Assembly (NCBI RefSeq): GCF_000150275.1
Contig: NW_002060950.1
Span: 1,352,106-1,416,105 of the forward strand
DNA: 64,000 nucleotides
Direction: 5' to 3'
Source of the DNA: Trichoplax adhaerens
Taxonomy: Eukaryota > Animalia > Placozoa
Shown: piece by piece, positions 61,789 to 64,000 of the stretch
How the letters are laid out: each line of letters opens with the position of its first letter
Position numbering within the stretch: the stretch's first letter is position 1
The notes under the pieces: generated by a model
Databases searched by the model: none
Seen by the model: the letters and a program-made list of their open reading frames with translations, nothing else
Told to the model about the DNA's origin: nothing
Translations under genes and position numbers: made by a program

Positions 61789-63753
61789 TTATGCCTTTTC
61801 AGTCCGAGAAAAATCAACAGAATGATCCAAATCCTCTTGTAGATATTCATCCTTTCTTCTTCTAAAGTTCCTAAAGATTCGAGGATGTTAAATTAAAAAA
61901 TTTTAACGGCCTTGTATGACAACAATTGCTACAATGATAACTTTAACCATATTTAAATAATTCTCAAGTTATGACTACTACTGAAATTAAATAATATTAG
62001 ATAAGCTAAAAGCTAGACATTGAGCTTAATCAATAAACCATAATAGTTGATAGTTGCAATAACAACATTACATCTTTGCTAACCAATTTATCGAATAGCA
62101 ACAGTTCAACATGAAATACAGATGATTTGATATTGCACTGTGCAAATTACATCATGTTCACTTAAATAGTAGTTGTAAGCATATGACAGGCAATAGAAGT
62201 ACTTACGAAAACTTTTCATCAATATTTTTCCTGAACATGTATATCCCCACTACAACAAGTAGAACAACAACAACTCCAATAATGATACCGACATATGTCC
62301 CTGCGCCGAGACCTAAACATACCATTGCAAAATAAAGGAGAATATGTTATGATACTAAACAGACGCATTATTTTAATATTTATTACAATGTACTAACTTT
62401 AGCAAGTAACAACCGATATTACAGCAACAGTATTTAACACTATATACATTTAAAAAAGTTTCATGATTACAAACATTGTGACATCAAATAGAAGACAATT
62501 ACTTATATGGTACTGCTACAGTTCTCTAGCTTAGATAAACTTTAATCTAATAGCATACCATTTCCAGATAATTTAGCAAGAGTAACACAAGAATAAGTAT
62601 CCTTTGCTAGATATTGATTTTGATTGCCACCAATGCATGAACTTCCTGGTACTTTCCGATAAACAGACGTAGTGAAAACGCTAGTATTGCTGACACATTG
62701 ACTACGATAAGTCTCCACAATTTGGCAGGTGCCATTAGCCAGAGCATTAAAGCCGTAATTACATTCAAAGTCTTCTACACCACAAGTACAATTTTGGTTG
62801 CTAACGGGACGTGAATAATCAGCTCCATTAAAGCAACAAGACGAAGGTTTTTTTACTTGGTAAACTTTACGACTACCTAACAGACAGTTTTTGGTACCAT
62901 ATTGATCTGCAGGGGTCCAATTAATATAATCATTTTCGCTACATTTGCGGATTAACAAAGGTTGGAAATATAAATTGGCGATTATCCATTCGTAGTTATT
63001 TATATGAAAATAACCATAAACACTAGCTCTCAATGATTTCGAGCCAGGCTCTGTAATAATTGTGAGGAGGGTCATAGTTTGATCAGCAATCTTGACATTG
63101 GTAAAGGTTTTACCACCGTTACAACTGTAGCTAATAAATGTTTGATTTCGTTGGGTGCCTCTTTGAGCCGTCAAGATAACTGAACCATGATCTAGTGCAG
63201 TAAAGATGTTACTGGTCGGAGAAGATTGCGCCCATGAAAATCCGCCATCGTTAGAAATGTATAGTGTAGCATTAGCTCTAGAGAATACTTTACCGTAACT
63301 ACCAAATCCTAGAACTAGTCCAGGTGCGGCGTTACTGGTGTAGACGCCGCGGTTTAAAATAGCTACACCAGTAAAGAAATTGATATGCAAGGAACATGCA
63401 GGCAATTGGCAATTAGTTGCCTTACCAAATCGATCAGTAGATGGTGCTTTTATTGTATGCCAGCTTCCACCTTTATTATATGAGATTTTGGTGACAGATG
63501 GTGGAAAAAAGCCAATGGGTGCCTTTCCAACAACTTGACTGACCATGTAGGAACCAGGTAAGCTCGCGATTCTATAAAAGCCGACATAAGCTAGGCCCCT
63601 TCGCCATGAAGAATCAGGAGCAGTAAGTATATTTGTAATAGTTCGACTAAAGAAAGCCCCACTTTGATCCGAGATGTAAAGGTTGGTCAGGTTACTTTTA
63701 TGATTAACTGCCATAACAACCTCATTATCGACAGTTTCCAATATTAGAAATCC
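61789..63753 (-). CDS. Vps10p-domain type I receptor C, 3' part (5' exons lie beyond the window)
   Basis: Exons 63753-62559 (propeller half plus 10CC), 62312-62207 (TM GLGAGTYVGIIIGVVVVLLVVVGIYMF; same 106-nt length as in A) and 61870-61789 (tail NFRRRKDEYLQEDLDHSVDFSRTEKA*); phases consistent. Confidence 0.9.
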
Positions 63754-64000
63754 CTAAGGACGGTATCAACCATACTATGATATTAGTTTTATAAAGGATT
63801 GTATATGACACATTATTATGAAATTATTTACAGTCATTCTCTCTTAGATCGAATTATCTATGCGTGAATAACGACTATATTTGCTGCAATTGCTAAATTT
63901 AGTACAGATATTAATTCTGTGCATTTTATAAAAATACATAAAGGGCGGCAATATCTATACAAGTTTGATAATAAAAATTTACTACAAATTTACCCGGTTT

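Overview
AT-rich eukaryotic (animal) genomic DNA with GT-AG introns and one 50-N assembly gap (1396-1445). Composition, short introns and gene content suggest a placozoan such as Trichoplax; this is an inference, not verified. The window holds two adjacent gene clusters. (1) About 0.3-24.8 kb: three class A GPCRs with uninterrupted 7TM coding regions and opsin-like loops but no retinal-binding Lys296 (placopsin/melatonin-receptor-like). All three have CRY in place of D/ERY and an Arg at the rhodopsin G90 position. (2) About 29.8-64 kb, minus strand: a tandem array of Vps10p-domain (sortilin/SorLA/SorCS family) receptors. Two genes were reconstructed exon by exon by hand, a third runs off the window edge, and a fourth is a truncated pseudogene next to a Penelope-like retroelement relic. 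The paralogues share a large ~1.2 kb exon but have very different cytoplasmic tails. Also present: a hairpin-containing compound minisatellite and a CRE/UPRE/CCAAT cluster upstream of the first Vps10 gene, an inverted duplication of several hundred bp, and several degenerate local duplications. Most short ORFs in the track look like noise.
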